DNA from: Marmoricola sp.
GTDB taxonomy: Bacteria > Actinomycetota > Actinomycetes > Propionibacteriales > Nocardioidaceae
Direction of reading: 5' to 3'
DNA: 64,000 nt
Assembly (NCBI GenBank): GCA_036261595.1
Contig: DATAKN010000118.1
Location: 3,326 to 67,325 of the forward strand
Positions 1-10,127 of the stretch are shown here, piece by piece. The position numbers and the translations under genes are program-made. A model generated the notes under the pieces. The model ran no database searches. It had not been told where the DNA came from and saw only the letters and a list, made by a program, of their open reading frames with translations. Position 1 is the first letter of the stretch. The number at the start of each line of letters is the position of its first letter.

Positions 1-430
1 GCCCGGTCCGCCGGTGATCGTCGGTGGCCTCGGCAAGAAGCGGACCCCTGCGCTGGCGGCCCGGTACGCCGACGAGTTCAACCTGCCCTTCGTGTCGGTC
101 GACACCACCCGCGAGCAGTTCGCGCGGGTCCGGTCCGCGTGCGAGGAGGCTGGCCGCGACCCGGCCTCGCTCACGTGGTCGAACGCGCTGGTCGTCTGCG
201 TGGGCCAGGACGAGGCGGAGTTCCGCAGGCGCGCCGAGGCGATCGGCCGAGAGCCGGACGAGCTGAGGGAGAACGGTGTCGCCGGTACGGCGGCCGAGGC
301 GGTGGAGACGCTGGGCCGGTTCGCCGAGGCCGGCAGCGAGCGGGTCTACCTGCAGGTCCTGGACCTGGCCGACCTCGACCACCTCCGGCTGGTCGACGCC
401 GAGGTCGCCCCGCATGTGAGGGGCCGGTAG
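1..430 (+). CDS. LLM-class (probably F420-dependent) oxidoreductase, C-terminal part; gene starts before the window
   Basis: PPVIVGGLGKKRTPALAARYADEFN...VAGTAAEAVETLGRFAEAGSERVYLQ is typical of luciferase-like TIM-barrel C-termini. Confidence 0.8.
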   Translation, partial: PGPPVIVGGLGKKRTPALAARYADEFNLPFVSVDTTREQFARVRSACEEAGRDPASLTWSNALVVCVGQDEAEFRRRAEAIGREPDELRENGVAGTAAEAVETLGRFAEAGSERVYLQVLDLADLDHLRLVDAEVAPHVRGR

Positions 431-440
431 CCTGCTCGCC

Positions 441-641
441 ATGCCCGAGGACCTGACGCCCGAGGACGATGTCGATCCGGCTGCGGACACGCAGACCTTC
501 CAGGCCTTCGTGGACCGGCGCGAGGCCGACGAGCGGGAAGCCGCAGCCGCCCAGCGAGCCAGCACCGGCAGGGTGGTGCTGGCCGTCCTGGTCGCACTGC
601 TGGTCCTGGCCGGCCTGGTCTGGTTGATCCTCGGCCGCTGA
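441..641 (+). CDS. Small tail-anchored membrane protein (66 aa)
   Basis: Acidic N-terminus with DTQTFQAFV and one C-terminal hydrophobic helix; fits between co-oriented genes; host-like codon usage. Confidence 0.65.
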   Translation: MPEDLTPEDDVDPAADTQTFQAFVDRREADEREAAAAQRASTGRVVLAVLVALLVLAGLVWLILGR

Positions 642-668
642 GCGTCGCCGGCCAGTACCGTCGGAGAC

Positions 669-1265
669 ATGGCGCAGGTCCACAAGTCCGCCGAGCAGCG
701 CCGGCGCGACCTGGTCGAGGCGGCGATCTCCGTCATGCAGCGCAAGGGCATGGGCGAGGCCACCAGCCGCGACGTGACCCAGGCGGCCGGCGTGAGCGCC
801 GGCCTGATGCACCACTACTTCGAGAGCTTCGACCACCTGCTCGCCACCGCGTTCGAGCAGGTGGCGTTCGCCGACCTGGACCGGGTCCGGGACGCCCTGG
901 TCGACATCAGCGACCCGGAGGCCCGACTCGACCACCTGATCGAGGTGTTCGCACCGGTCGGCGACGACTGGCAGTACCAGGTCTGGCTCGACGTCTGGAG
1001 CGTCTCGGCCCGGCACCCGACCTTGCTCCACGCTGCCCAGCGGGCCAACGCGGAGTGGCAGCAGCTGATGGCCGACCTCTTCCGCGACGGCATCGCCCAG
1101 GGCGTCTTCCACTGCCCCGACGCAGAGGCGGCGGCCTGGCGGGTGCTCGCTCTCCTGGACGGGATGGCCATCCAGACCGTGGCAGAGCAGACCACCATGC
1201 CCCGAGCGCTCCTCCACCAGTGGGTGCGCGACGCGGCTCGTGCGGAGGCCGGGCTGACCGACTGA
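669..1265 (+). CDS. TetR-family regulator (BetI-like C-terminus), likely regulator of the agmatine operon
   Basis: HTH RDVTQAAGVSAGLMHHYF; C-terminal LALLDGM; directly upstream of a perfect operator palindrome. Confidence 0.9.
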   Translation: MAQVHKSAEQRRRDLVEAAISVMQRKGMGEATSRDVTQAAGVSAGLMHHYFESFDHLLATAFEQVAFADLDRVRDALVDISDPEARLDHLIEVFAPVGDDWQYQVWLDVWSVSARHPTLLHAAQRANAEWQQLMADLFRDGIAQGVFHCPDAEAAAWRVLALLDGMAIQTVAEQTTMPRALLHQWVRDAARAEAGLTD

Positions 1266-1283
1266 GCGCGCCGGCTCAGTCGG
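1258..1283 (+). terminator. GC-rich hairpin at the end of tetR
   Basis: CCGACTGAGC-gcgccg-GCTCAGTCGG, 10-bp perfect stem overlapping the stop codon. Confidence 0.5.
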
Positions 1284-1308
1284 GGCGATGTCTGTTGGAT
1301 CACTCTTC

Positions 1309-1340
1309 CACCGAACTTGAGCGCTCGCTCAAGTTCGGTG
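1309..1340. promoter_or_regulatory. Perfect palindromic operator in the promoter of the agmatine operon
   Basis: CACCGAACTTGAGCG-ct-CGCTCAAGTTCGGTG (15-bp arms). A -10-like CACGCT (1342-1347) lies 6 nt before ATG 1354, consistent with a leaderless transcript. Confidence 0.8.
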
Positions 1341-1353
1341 TCACGCTGGGTTC

Positions 1354-2382
1354 ATGGACCGACCGCTGCAGCACTTCATCGACACCCAGGACCTCACGCC
1401 GGAGACGCTTCGCCGCCAGCTCGACCTGATCGCAGCGCTGAAGGCCGCGGACCGGCAGAACGCCTGCCCGCGGCTCCTCGACGGCGCCTCGCTCGGGATG
1501 ATCTTCGAGGAGGCCTCGACCCGGACCCGCGTGTCCTTCGAGGTCGCCATGACGAAGATGGGCGGGCACGCGCTCTACCTGAAGCCGGGCGAGATCCACC
1601 TCGGCGAGAAGGAGAACATCAAGGACACCGCCGAGGTCCTCTCCCGGATGGTCGACGCCGTCGAGATCCGTGCGTTCAAGCACGACACCGTCACGGAGTT
1701 CGCCGCGCACGCCCGCGTGCCGGTGCTCAACGGCCTGACCGACTACAACCACCCCACCCAGGCGGTCTGCGACGTCTTCACGATGACCGAGCACAAGCTG
1801 CCGGAGAAGTCGTTCAGTGACCTCACGGTGGTGTTCGTCGGCGACGCGACCAACGTGTGCACTTCGACAGCGATGATCGTCACGATGCTCGGCGGCACCT
1901 TCATCCACGCCCGGCCCGAGCAGTACGGGATCAAGGCCCAGTGGCCGACCGTGCTGGACGAGGTCGCCCGCAACGAGGAGCGGTACGGCGGCCACTACCT
2001 CGACACCGAGGACGTCGAGGACGCCGTGGCACAGGCCGACTTCGTCTACACCGACCTGTGGTGGTGGTTCGGGCAGGAGGCCGAGATCCCCGACCGGGTC
2101 AAGGCGTTCAAGCCGCGCTACCAGGTCACCAGCGAGCTCATGGCCCGCGCCCCGGCGTACGCGAAGTTCATGCACTGCCTGCCCGCGTCGCGCGGCGTCG
2201 AGGCGACCGACGAGGTCATGGACTCGCCGCAGTCGATCATCTACGACCAGAGCGAGAACCGGCTGCACACCGAGAAGGGCCTGCTCGCCTGGTACGTCTA
2301 CCCGCGCATCACCCATCCCACCGAGGCCCTGCGCCGGTTCCACGAAGGACGCATCGAGGCGTCCCTCGAGAGCCTGCGCTGA
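1354..2382 (+). CDS. ptcA: Putrescine carbamoyltransferase (AguB/PtcA-like)
   Basis: STRTR, DYNHPTQ, FVGDAT and HCLP motifs; lacks the SMG loop of ornithine carbamoyltransferase; PTC-type C-terminal extension; lies in an operon with agmatine deiminase. Confidence 0.8.
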   Translation: MDRPLQHFIDTQDLTPETLRRQLDLIAALKAADRQNACPRLLDGASLGMIFEEASTRTRVSFEVAMTKMGGHALYLKPGEIHLGEKENIKDTAEVLSRMVDAVEIRAFKHDTVTEFAAHARVPVLNGLTDYNHPTQAVCDVFTMTEHKLPEKSFSDLTVVFVGDATNVCTSTAMIVTMLGGTFIHARPEQYGIKAQWPTVLDEVARNEERYGGHYLDTEDVEDAVAQADFVYTDLWWWFGQEAEIPDRVKAFKPRYQVTSELMARAPAYAKFMHCLPASRGVEATDEVMDSPQSIIYDQSENRLHTEKGLLAWYVYPRITHPTEALRRFHEGRIEASLESLR

Positions 2383-2413
2383 GCACCCATCACCGTCGAG
2401 AAGGACGACCGTC

Positions 2414-3985
2414 ATGAGCCTCAACACCCCGACCACCACCCATCGCTCACTCGGGGCGCTTCGGATGTTCGACATGGTCCTGTTCAGCGTCTGCGCGATC
2501 CTGCTGCTCAGCCAGGTCACGCTCACCGCCCAGATCGGACCCTCCGCGATCGTGTGGACGGTCGCGATCATCGCGCTGTTCTTCCTGCCCTACGGCCTGA
2601 TCACCGCCGAGCTGGGATCCACCTACCCCGACACCGGCGGCCTCTACTCGTGGGTCGTGCGCGCCTTCGGCAGCCGCTGGGGCACGCGGACGTCGTGGTG
2701 GTACTGGGTGAACGTCGCGCTCTGGGTGCCATCGGTCTACCTGATGTTCGCCGCGGTGCTCAAGTCGATGTTCTTCCCGCACCTCGGCTTCTGGCCGCAG
2801 GTCCTGATCGCGGTCGGGTTGATCGGCGCCAACTGGGCGGTCAACCTGCTCGCCCTCGACACCGGCAAGTGGGTCTCCAACCTCGGCGCGATCCTGACCG
2901 CGGGCGTGATCCTGCTGCTCGGCGTCGGCGCTGTGAAGGTCCTCGCCGGCGGGGCGGACTCCGCGACGACGTTCTCGTGGAGCACCGACTCGATGATCCC
3001 CACGTGGTCGACGGTGGCGCTGGCCGTGTCGATCGTGATCTACAACTTCCTCGGCTTCGAGCTGATGTCGAGCGCGAGCCAGGAGATGCACAACCCCCGG
3101 CGCGACGTACCGCGCACGGTGCTGATCGCCGGAGTCCTCATCGGCATCTTCTACCTCGTCGCCACGTTCGGCATCCTGACGATCCTGCCGGTCGACGACA
3201 TCTCGGCGACCTCCGGCCTGATGGACGCGCTGCAAGAGGCGTTCGGCTCCAACCTGTTCACCAACCTGCTCGGCATCGGCATCCTCTACACCTTCTTCGC
3301 CGCCCTCATCCCGTGGACGATCGGCGCGAACCGTGCCGCCGCAGAGGCCGCCAGCCGCGGTGACCTGCCGCGGGTGTTCGCCAGGACCAGCCCGACGCGC
3401 GGCACCCCGGTCGGGGCCGCCCACCTGACCGCGTCCGTGAGCACCGTGTTCACCCTCGTGTACGGCGTGCTGTTCTGGGCCACCGACGGCAGCATCGACG
3501 AGCTGTTCTGGAGCATCTTCGCCTTCAGCTCGATCATCTTCCTGCTGCCGTACGTCGTGATGGCCCTGGCCTTCCTGAAGCTGCGGACGTCCGATCCCGA
3601 CGCGCACCGGCCCTACCAGGTGCCGTTCGGCCGGGCCGGTGCCTGGACGGCAGCCGGGCTGTGCGTGGTCTGGCTGGCGCTCGCCACCGTCTTCTTCGTG
3701 GTCGACCCGTTCGACCTGTCCACGTTCGACGCCCAGACGTTCTGGCTGATCATCGGCGGCCTCGCGGTCACCTTCGCGGTCCAGGAGGTCTTCGTCGCCC
3801 GCTCGCCGCGCTGGCAGCAGGCGCGAGCCGCCGAGGCCGTCCCGCCGGTCGAGCACCCCGAGCTCCTCGGCCACGTGGAGCTGGAGGGAACTGCCCCGGA
3901 CGACGCCTCGTCGCTCACCACACCCGTCCACGACGCGGAGCTGGACCAGGCCCCGGTCGAGGACCCACACCACCTGAGGAGCTAG
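2414..3985 (+). CDS. aguD: APC-family permease, probable agmatine/putrescine antiporter
   Basis: ~12 TM segments; [20 protein letters not shown] and FLGFELMS motifs; operon context. Confidence 0.8.
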   Translation: MSLNTPTTTHRSLGALRMFDMVLFSVCAILLLSQVTLTAQIGPSAIVWTVAIIALFFLPYGLITAELGSTYPDTGGLYSWVVRAFGSRWGTRTSWWYWVNVALWVPSVYLMFAAVLKSMFFPHLGFWPQVLIAVGLIGANWAVNLLALDTGKWVSNLGAILTAGVILLLGVGAVKVLAGGADSATTFSWSTDSMIPTWSTVALAVSIVIYNFLGFELMSSASQEMHNPRRDVPRTVLIAGVLIGIFYLVATFGILTILPVDDISATSGLMDALQEAFGSNLFTNLLGIGILYTFFAALIPWTIGANRAAAEAASRGDLPRVFARTSPTRGTPVGAAHLTASVSTVFTLVYGVLFWATDGSIDELFWSIFAFSSIIFLLPYVVMALAFLKLRTSDPDAHRPYQVPFGRAGAWTAAGLCVVWLALATVFFVVDPFDLSTFDAQTFWLIIGGLAVTFAVQEVFVARSPRWQQARAAEAVPPVEHPELLGHVELEGTAPDDASSLTTPVHDAELDQAPVEDPHHLRS

Positions 3986-3989
3986 TCCC

Positions 3990-5162
3990 ATGTCGGACGA
4001 CGTCGCCACCACGCGCAGCCACGCACTCGGGTCCACCCCGCTCGCCGACGGGTTCCGCATGCCCGCCGAGTGGGAGGACCACGCCGGCTGCTACCTGATC
4101 TGGCCCGAGCGACCGGACAACTGGCGGTACGGCGCCAAGCCGGCCCAGACCGCCTTCGCCGCGGTGGCCGAGGCAATCGCGACCACGGAGCCGGTCACCG
4201 TGCTGGTGTCCGCCGGGCAGTACACCAATGCCCGCGAGCGACTCCCGCTGCAGGTGCGGGTCGTCGAGATGAGCAACGACGACTCCTGGGTGCGCGACAG
4301 CGGACCGACGTTCGTGGTGAACGACGCCGGCGAGCTGCGCGGGGTGTCCTGGGAGTTCAACGCCTGGGGCGGTCTCGAGGGCGGCCTCTACTTCCCTTGG
4401 TACGCCGACAACCTGGTGGGCCCGAAGATCCTGGACCTCGAGCGGTGCCAGCGGTACCTGCCCGACTACGTCCTCGAGGGCGGGTCGATCGACGTCGACG
4501 GCGAGGGCACCCTGCTGGTCACCGAGGAGTGCCTGCTGAACTCCAACCGCAACCCCGGCATGTCCCGGGAGCAGATCGAGGAGACACTGCGCCAGCACCT
4601 CGGTGTCAGCACGATCATCTGGCTGCCGCGAGGCGTCTACCTCGACGAGACCGACGGCCACGTCGACAACTTCTGCCGGTTCGTCGCGCCCGGACACGTC
4701 ATGCTGACCTGGACCGACGATCCCGACGATCCGCAGTGGGAGATCTCGCACGAGGCGCTGGCGATCCTGGAGCGGGCGGTCGACGCGAAGGGCCGCCCCC
4801 TGGAGATCACGCGGATCCACCAGCCGGGGCCGATCACGATCACGGCCGAGGAGGCCGCCGGCGTCGACCGGATCCCCGGCGTGCAGCCGCGGGTCGAGGG
4901 CGAGCGCCTGGCCGGGTCCTACGTCAACTCCTACATCGGCAACGGGATCGTGGTGCTGCCGGTCTTCGAGGACGTGCACGACGAGGAGGCCGTCACGACC
5001 TACAAGCGGCTGTTCCCGGACCGGGAGATCCTCACCGTGCCGGGACGGGAGATCCTCCTCGGCGGGGGCAACGTGCACTGCATCACCCAGCAGGTGCCGG
5101 CCGGCACGCCCGGCATCGCCGGCACTACCTGGACCGCGGCGTCGCCGGTGCGGATGGGCTGA
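3990..5162 (+). CDS. aguA: Agmatine deiminase
   Basis: [40 protein letters not shown] and [11 protein letters not shown] (catalytic Cys). Confidence 0.95.
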   Translation: MSDDVATTRSHALGSTPLADGFRMPAEWEDHAGCYLIWPERPDNWRYGAKPAQTAFAAVAEAIATTEPVTVLVSAGQYTNARERLPLQVRVVEMSNDDSWVRDSGPTFVVNDAGELRGVSWEFNAWGGLEGGLYFPWYADNLVGPKILDLERCQRYLPDYVLEGGSIDVDGEGTLLVTEECLLNSNRNPGMSREQIEETLRQHLGVSTIIWLPRGVYLDETDGHVDNFCRFVAPGHVMLTWTDDPDDPQWEISHEALAILERAVDAKGRPLEITRIHQPGPITITAEEAAGVDRIPGVQPRVEGERLAGSYVNSYIGNGIVVLPVFEDVHDEEAVTTYKRLFPDREILTVPGREILLGGGNVHCITQQVPAGTPGIAGTTWTAASPVRMG

Positions 5163-5163
5163 C

Positions 5164-6162
5164 ATGCGCGTCGTGGTGGCCCTCGGGGGCAACGCCTTGC
5201 AGCGCCGCGGCGAGCCGATGACCGTCGAGAACCAGCGGGCGAACGTGCGCAGGGCGTGCGAGGCGCTCGCCCCGCTGGCGATGGAGCACGAGCTCGTCAT
5301 CTCCCACGGCAACGGCCCGCAGGTGGGGTTGCTGTCGCTGCAGGCCTCGGCGTACGACGAGCAGTCGGCCTACCCGTTCGACGTGCTGGGCGCGCAGACC
5401 GAAGGGATGATCGGCTACCTGATCGAGCAGGAGCTGGGGAACCTGCTGCCGTTCGAGAAGGAGATCGCCACGGTCCTCACCATGACCGAGGTCGACCCCA
5501 CCGACCCGGCGATGGCGAACCCGACCAAGTTCGTCGGACCCGTGTACACCGCGGAGGAGGCCCACCGGATCGCAGCGGAGCGCGGCTGGACGGTCAGGCC
5601 GGACGGCCGGCACTGGCGGCGCGTCGTACCGTCACCGCTGCCGCGGAGCATCTTCGAGATCAAGCCGATCCGGTACCTGCTCGAGGGGGGCGTGGTCGTG
5701 ATCTGCACCGGGGGCGGGGGCATCCCGACGGTCTACCTGCCCGGGGAGCACCCGGTCGGACCCGGCCACTTCAACCCCAGGGCCCTCGTCGGCGTCGAGG
5801 CGGTCATCGACAAGGACCGCTCCTCGGCGGTGCTCGCCGAAGGTCTCGGCGCGGACCTGCTGGTGATCGCGACCGATGCCGACGCGGTCCATCTCGACTG
5901 GGACACGCCGGAGGCCCGCGCGATCGCGACGGTGTCACCCGATGCCCTGAAGGCCTTCGAGTTCCCGGCCGGCTCGATGGGCCCGAAGGTCGAGGCGGCC
6001 TGTGCCTTCGCCCGCTCCGAACCGGGCCGCGTGACGGCCATCGGCGCACTCGAGGACCTGCCGGAGATCCTCGCCGGCACGCGCGGCACGCGGATCAGCA
6101 CCGAGTACGGCGAGCCCGTCTTCCGGGAACGGTCCGGTCACGCAGCGGCGCACGGGGCGTGA
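5164..6162 (+). CDS. arcC: Carbamate kinase
   Basis: [30 protein letters not shown] and [10 protein letters not shown] motifs. Confidence 0.95.
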   Translation: MRVVVALGGNALQRRGEPMTVENQRANVRRACEALAPLAMEHELVISHGNGPQVGLLSLQASAYDEQSAYPFDVLGAQTEGMIGYLIEQELGNLLPFEKEIATVLTMTEVDPTDPAMANPTKFVGPVYTAEEAHRIAAERGWTVRPDGRHWRRVVPSPLPRSIFEIKPIRYLLEGGVVVICTGGGGIPTVYLPGEHPVGPGHFNPRALVGVEAVIDKDRSSAVLAEGLGADLLVIATDADAVHLDWDTPEARAIATVSPDALKAFEFPAGSMGPKVEAACAFARSEPGRVTAIGALEDLPEILAGTRGTRISTEYGEPVFRERSGHAAAHGA

Positions 6163-6166
6163 CGCG

Positions 6167-6976
6167 TCACCCTCGAGCGACAGCATCGGCGGCGAAGCTC
6201 ACCCGCCCAGCCGAGATGACGGTCCGGTCGCCGACCTTCGCCTCGAACAAGCTGGTGCTCCCGGGCGCGATCTGCACGGCGAGCTGCTCACCGGGGAACA
6301 CCGGTGCGGCGAAGCGACCCGCCAGCGACCGGAGGTCGGCCGGGTGGGCACCGGTGTACCGGGCGACCTCGAGCGTGATCGCCGCCAACGTGCACAGGCC
6401 GTGCAGGAAGGGCCTCGGCTGGCCGGCAGCGCGAGCGGCGTCGGGGTCGACGTGCATGGCGTGGCGGTCGCCGAGCAGGCGGTACGTCGCCGCCTGCGTG
6501 GCGTAGGTCGGCACCCGCAGCTCCGTCGCTCCGGCGAGGTCGTCGCACGGACCCGAGGGTCCGCGCTCGCCGCCGAACCCTCCGCAGCCGGGGGCGAAGA
6601 TCGACCAGGTCGCCACGACGTGGTCGCTCTCCGCCTCGACCTCGAAGACCGCGGCCGAGCCTTTGTCCCACACGGCGCCGACGCGAGCCTGCAGGTGCAG
6701 CTCACCCGAGCGCGACAGCGGACGGAGCACCTCGAGCCGCTGCGCGCCGTGCACCGCCGTGCGCGTGTCGAAGGCGCCGGCCGAGCCCAGCGCGTCCGGC
6801 GCCCACTGCGCCAGGGTGAGGGCGAAGGAGGGAAGCACCCGAAGCCGATCCTCGTGGATCAGGTCGAGGTCCTCGGACCGGGCGCCGAGGGCGAGGGCGT
6901 AGAGGATCGCGTCGCGCTCGTCGTACCGGACCCGGCGCTCGCCCAGCCACCTCCCGGCCCACTGGCCTGCATTCAC
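6167..6976 (-). CDS. MaoC-family (R)-specific enoyl-CoA hydratase (double hot-dog)
   Basis: YRLLGDRHAMHVDP...PFLHGLCT hydratase-2 motif; ILYALALG at the N-terminus; GGAGGAG RBS. Confidence 0.85.
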   Translation of the reverse strand: MNAGQWAGRWLGERRVRYDERDAILYALALGARSEDLDLIHEDRLRVLPSFALTLAQWAPDALGSAGAFDTRTAVHGAQRLEVLRPLSRSGELHLQARVGAVWDKGSAAVFEVEAESDHVVATWSIFAPGCGGFGGERGPSGPCDDLAGATELRVPTYATQAATYRLLGDRHAMHVDPDAARAAGQPRPFLHGLCTLAAITLEVARYTGAHPADLRSLAGRFAAPVFPGEQLAVQIAPGSTSLFEAKVGDRTVISAGRVSFAADAVARG

Positions 6977-7006
6977 CGCGACACCCTCCTCCGTGGCCGG
7001 GACGAC

Positions 7007-8683
7007 TCAGGCCAGGAAGCGGGTGCGGCCCGCGGCCTCGAACTCCGCCTCCAGCGCCGCCCGGTCGGCCTCGGTGAAGGGGCGGTACGTCGGCAGGCCG
7101 CGGCCGCTCCACCGGAAGACCTGGTCGCCCCCGGTACGCCGCCAGCCGCCGAGCTGGATCTCCTTCTTGGCCAGCTTGTTCGAGCCCGTGGTGGGCAGCC
7201 GGTGGGAGAACCGCACGAAGCGCGGTGCTCCCTTCGTCCCGAGGTCGTCCTGCCTCGCCAGGAAGGCACCGAGGTCCAGGTCCTCGAAGCCGGTGGGCTC
7301 TGCGACCTCGACGGCGACCATCACCTGGTCACCGGAGCGCGGGTCGGGCACGGCGAAGGCGGCCGCGGCCACGATGCGTGGGTGCCGGCGCAGCACGCGC
7401 TCGATGTGCAGCGCCGAGACGTTCTCGCCGTCGACGCGGATCCAGTCGCCGGACCGGCCGGCGAAGTAGAACCGCCCGTGCTCGTCGAGGTAGCCGAGGT
7501 CACCGGTCCAGTACCACCCGTGTCGCACCCGCTCGGCGTCCGCCTCCGGGTTGTTCCAGTAGCCCTCGAAGCGAGCCGCGCCGTCGACGTCGACGATCTC
7601 GCCGACCGCCTCCTCGGCGTTCAGCACCCGACCGTGCTCGTCGGTGCGGGCCGGCGGGCACGTCTCCCGGGTCACCGGGTCGACGATCCGGACGCCCGGT
7701 CGTGCCGGCGCGCCGAGCGCCCCGGCCGGCAGGCCGTCGACCCGCTTCAGCAGTCCACCGCCCTCGCTGGAGCCGTAGCCCTCGTGCAGTCGGGCGCCGA
7801 AGCGGCGCCGGAACTCGGCCTGGTCCTCCGGTGACGCCTCCGTGCCGAAGCCGTGGGTGAGCGGGTTGTCATGGTCGTCGGGGCGCTCGGGCTGGGCGAG
7901 CACGTAGCCGATCGCTTTGCCCACGTAGGTGAAGTACGTCGCGCCGTACCGGCGGACGTCATCGAGGAAGGCGGACGCGGAGAACTTCGGGGTGAGCGCG
8001 ACACACGCGCCGGTGAGGACGGCCGGCGCCCAGAGCATCATCAGCGCGTTGCCGTGGAAGAGCGGCATGCAGCAGTAGCAGACGTCGTCGCGGGTCACGT
8101 CGTACTTCTGCGCGGCCATCCGGCCGAGCTCGGCGAGCCGGCCCTGGGAGCAGATCGCGGCCTTCGAGGCACCGGTCGTGCCCGAGGTGAAGATCAGCAG
8201 CAGACGGGTCGCGGGGGTGAGGGTCGGGTCCGCCGAGGGCTCCACCCGGTGCCGGTCGATCTCGGCGAGGTAGCCGGAGCCGTCGACACGGACGACACGG
8301 TCCACGGGTACGCCGATGTCGAGGCCCTCGAGGATCGCCGCGCCGGCGGCGTCGGTCACCAGCAGCTGGCACTCGGTGTGCCGCACCTCCTGCTCCAGGT
8401 AGGCACCTCGCCGGGTGGAGTTGACGCCCACGACGGTCGCGCCGGCGAGCGCTGCCGCACCCAGCCAGAGGACGTACTCGGGCACGTTGTCGAGCAGGAC
8501 CCCGACGTGGAAGGGACCCGCCGTGCGGCGCCGTTGCAGGAGCTCGGCCCGCGCAGCGCTCTCCCGTACGACGGCGTCCCAGCTCCACTCCCGGTCGTCG
8601 GCTCGCAGCCCCGGGCGGTCGTCACCGAGTCGCGCGAGCAGCGCTGCGGCGATGGTCTCGTCCCGACCCCCGGCAGCGGTCAC
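7007..8683 (-). CDS. Acyl-CoA synthetase, FadD17/CasG-like (steroid side chain)
   Basis: FTSGTTGASKA, YGSSEGG, WTGDLG and RVDGEN motifs. Start placed at GTG 8683 (GTGA overlap with the upstream gene); the ORF-track extension to 9181 is spurious. Confidence 0.85.
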   Translation of the reverse strand: MTAAGGRDETIAAALLARLGDDRPGLRADDREWSWDAVVRESAARAELLQRRRTAGPFHVGVLLDNVPEYVLWLGAAALAGATVVGVNSTRRGAYLEQEVRHTECQLLVTDAAGAAILEGLDIGVPVDRVVRVDGSGYLAEIDRHRVEPSADPTLTPATRLLLIFTSGTTGASKAAICSQGRLAELGRMAAQKYDVTRDDVCYCCMPLFHGNALMMLWAPAVLTGACVALTPKFSASAFLDDVRRYGATYFTYVGKAIGYVLAQPERPDDHDNPLTHGFGTEASPEDQAEFRRRFGARLHEGYGSSEGGGLLKRVDGLPAGALGAPARPGVRIVDPVTRETCPPARTDEHGRVLNAEEAVGEIVDVDGAARFEGYWNNPEADAERVRHGWYWTGDLGYLDEHGRFYFAGRSGDWIRVDGENVSALHIERVLRRHPRIVAAAAFAVPDPRSGDQVMVAVEVAEPTGFEDLDLGAFLARQDDLGTKGAPRFVRFSHRLPTTGSNKLAKKEIQLGGWRRTGGDQVFRWSGRGLPTYRPFTEADRAALEAEFEAAGRTRFLA

Positions 8684-9918
8684 CCGACGTAGCCCTCCGG
8701 CTTGCCCCAGTCGGCGCTGCGCGTGGTGGTCCGGTCGACCAGCACGCAGCGGGTGCCGGTGAAGTTCGTGGGCATGCACTTGTTGCAGTGGATGCACAGT
8801 GACGGGGTGGCCGGGTCGTGCGCGATCCGGTTGACCAGGTCCGGCTCCCGCAGGAGCGCACGGCCCATCGCGACGTACTGGAAGCCCTCGCGCATGGCGA
8901 GGTCCATCGAGGCGCGGTCGGTGATGCCGCCCAGCAGCACCATCGGCAGGTCGACGGCGGCCCTGATCTGGCGGGCGTCCTCGAGCAGGAACGCGTCGCG
9001 GTAGGGGTACTCGCGGATCAGGCGACGGCCGACGGTCTTGACCCCCAGCCGGATCGGCTGCGGCATGACCGCGGCGAACTCCTCGATCGGCGCCGCGCCC
9101 TTGAAGAGGTACATCGGGTTCATCAACGATGATCCTGCCGTCATCTCGAGCGCGTCGCACGTGCCGTCGGCCTCCAGCCACTGCGCGACCGGGATCGCCT
9201 CGTCCAGCCAGAAGCCGCCGGGCACGCCGTCGTCCATGTTCATCTTCACGATGACCGCGATCCGGTCGCCGACCGCATCACGGACCGCGCGCATGGTCTC
9301 GCGCGCGAACCGGGCCCGGTTCTCCAGCGACCCGCCGTACTCGTCGGTGCGGTGGTTGATGCGGGGGCTGAGGAACGAGCTGATCAGGTAGTTGTGCCCG
9401 AGGTGGACCTCGACGGCGTCGAAGCCGCAGGCGATCGCCCGGCGTGCCGCCTCGGCATGCGCCTCGGTCACCCGCGCGATCCCCGCTTGGTCGATCTCCT
9501 GGGCGAAGCTCATCGAGGTCTTGTGGAAGTGCCGGCTCGGCGCGAGCGCCGGAAGACCATTGCCCTTGGGGTTGGCGACCGGCCCACCGTGGCCGATCTG
9601 TGCCGAGACCGCGGCACCCTCGGCATGGACAGCGTCGGTCAGCGCCCGCAGGCCGGGCAGCGCCTCGTCGGTCCAGTGGATCTGGTGCCGGTCGGTCCGC
9701 CCCTCCTTGGCCACGGCGCAGTAGGCGACGGTGGTCATCCCGACGCCGCCCTTGGCGTAGCCGACGTGGAAGTCGACGAGATCCTGGGTCACCCGCGCCC
9801 GGTGGCTGAGCCCCTCGTACGTCGCCGCCTTGATCACGCGGTTGCGCAGGGTCAGCGGTCCCAGCTTCGCCGGGGACAGCGGGTCCGGAACCGTTCGGGT
9901 CATGGGTGTCGAGGTCAC
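8680..9918 (-). CDS. NADH:flavin oxidoreductase (Old Yellow Enzyme family)
   Basis: LRNRVIKAAT, EVHLGHNYL, RTDEYGGSLENRARF and C-terminal CIHCNKC; GTG 9918 lies 6 nt after -10 TACCGT. Confidence 0.9.
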   Translation of the reverse strand: MTSTPMTRTVPDPLSPAKLGPLTLRNRVIKAATYEGLSHRARVTQDLVDFHVGYAKGGVGMTTVAYCAVAKEGRTDRHQIHWTDEALPGLRALTDAVHAEGAAVSAQIGHGGPVANPKGNGLPALAPSRHFHKTSMSFAQEIDQAGIARVTEAHAEAARRAIACGFDAVEVHLGHNYLISSFLSPRINHRTDEYGGSLENRARFARETMRAVRDAVGDRIAVIVKMNMDDGVPGGFWLDEAIPVAQWLEADGTCDALEMTAGSSLMNPMYLFKGAAPIEEFAAVMPQPIRLGVKTVGRRLIREYPYRDAFLLEDARQIRAAVDLPMVLLGGITDRASMDLAMREGFQYVAMGRALLREPDLVNRIAHDPATPSLCIHCNKCMPTNFTGTRCVLVDRTTTRSADWGKPEGYVG

Positions 9919-9960
9919 GTCGCCACGGTAGGAACCGGCGTCACCACGGGCCGGCAGCGA

Positions 9961-9975
9961 TCTCGCTGACCGGGA
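9961..9975. promoter_or_regulatory. 15-bp palindromic regulon box 1 (TCTCGCTGACCGGGA)
   Basis: 43 nt from GTG 9918; matches nine other intergenic copies. Confidence 0.75.
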
Positions 9976-10006
9976 ATCACCGGGACTGACGGACCGGAGC
10001 AGGACC

Positions 10007-10021
10007 TCCCGGTGAGTGGGA
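10007..10021. promoter_or_regulatory. Regulon box 2 (TCCCGGTGAGTGGGA)
   Basis: Upstream of the substrate-binding protein gene; -10-like CACTGT at 10052-10057 at the conserved spacing. Confidence 0.75.
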
Positions 10022-10127
10022 CCGGCCCGACACACCCGGACGCGGCCCCCGCACTGTGACGGCCAACACAAGGCATGCGTGGTCCGAGCCCGAGGGCCCG
10101 ATGCCCTTCCACGTTGGAGGAGCAGCA

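Noticed and set aside
1354-6162. Arginine deiminase (arc) operon or biosynthetic argF
   Set aside because: The deiminase has agmatine deiminase motifs, and the transferase lacks the OTC SMG loop
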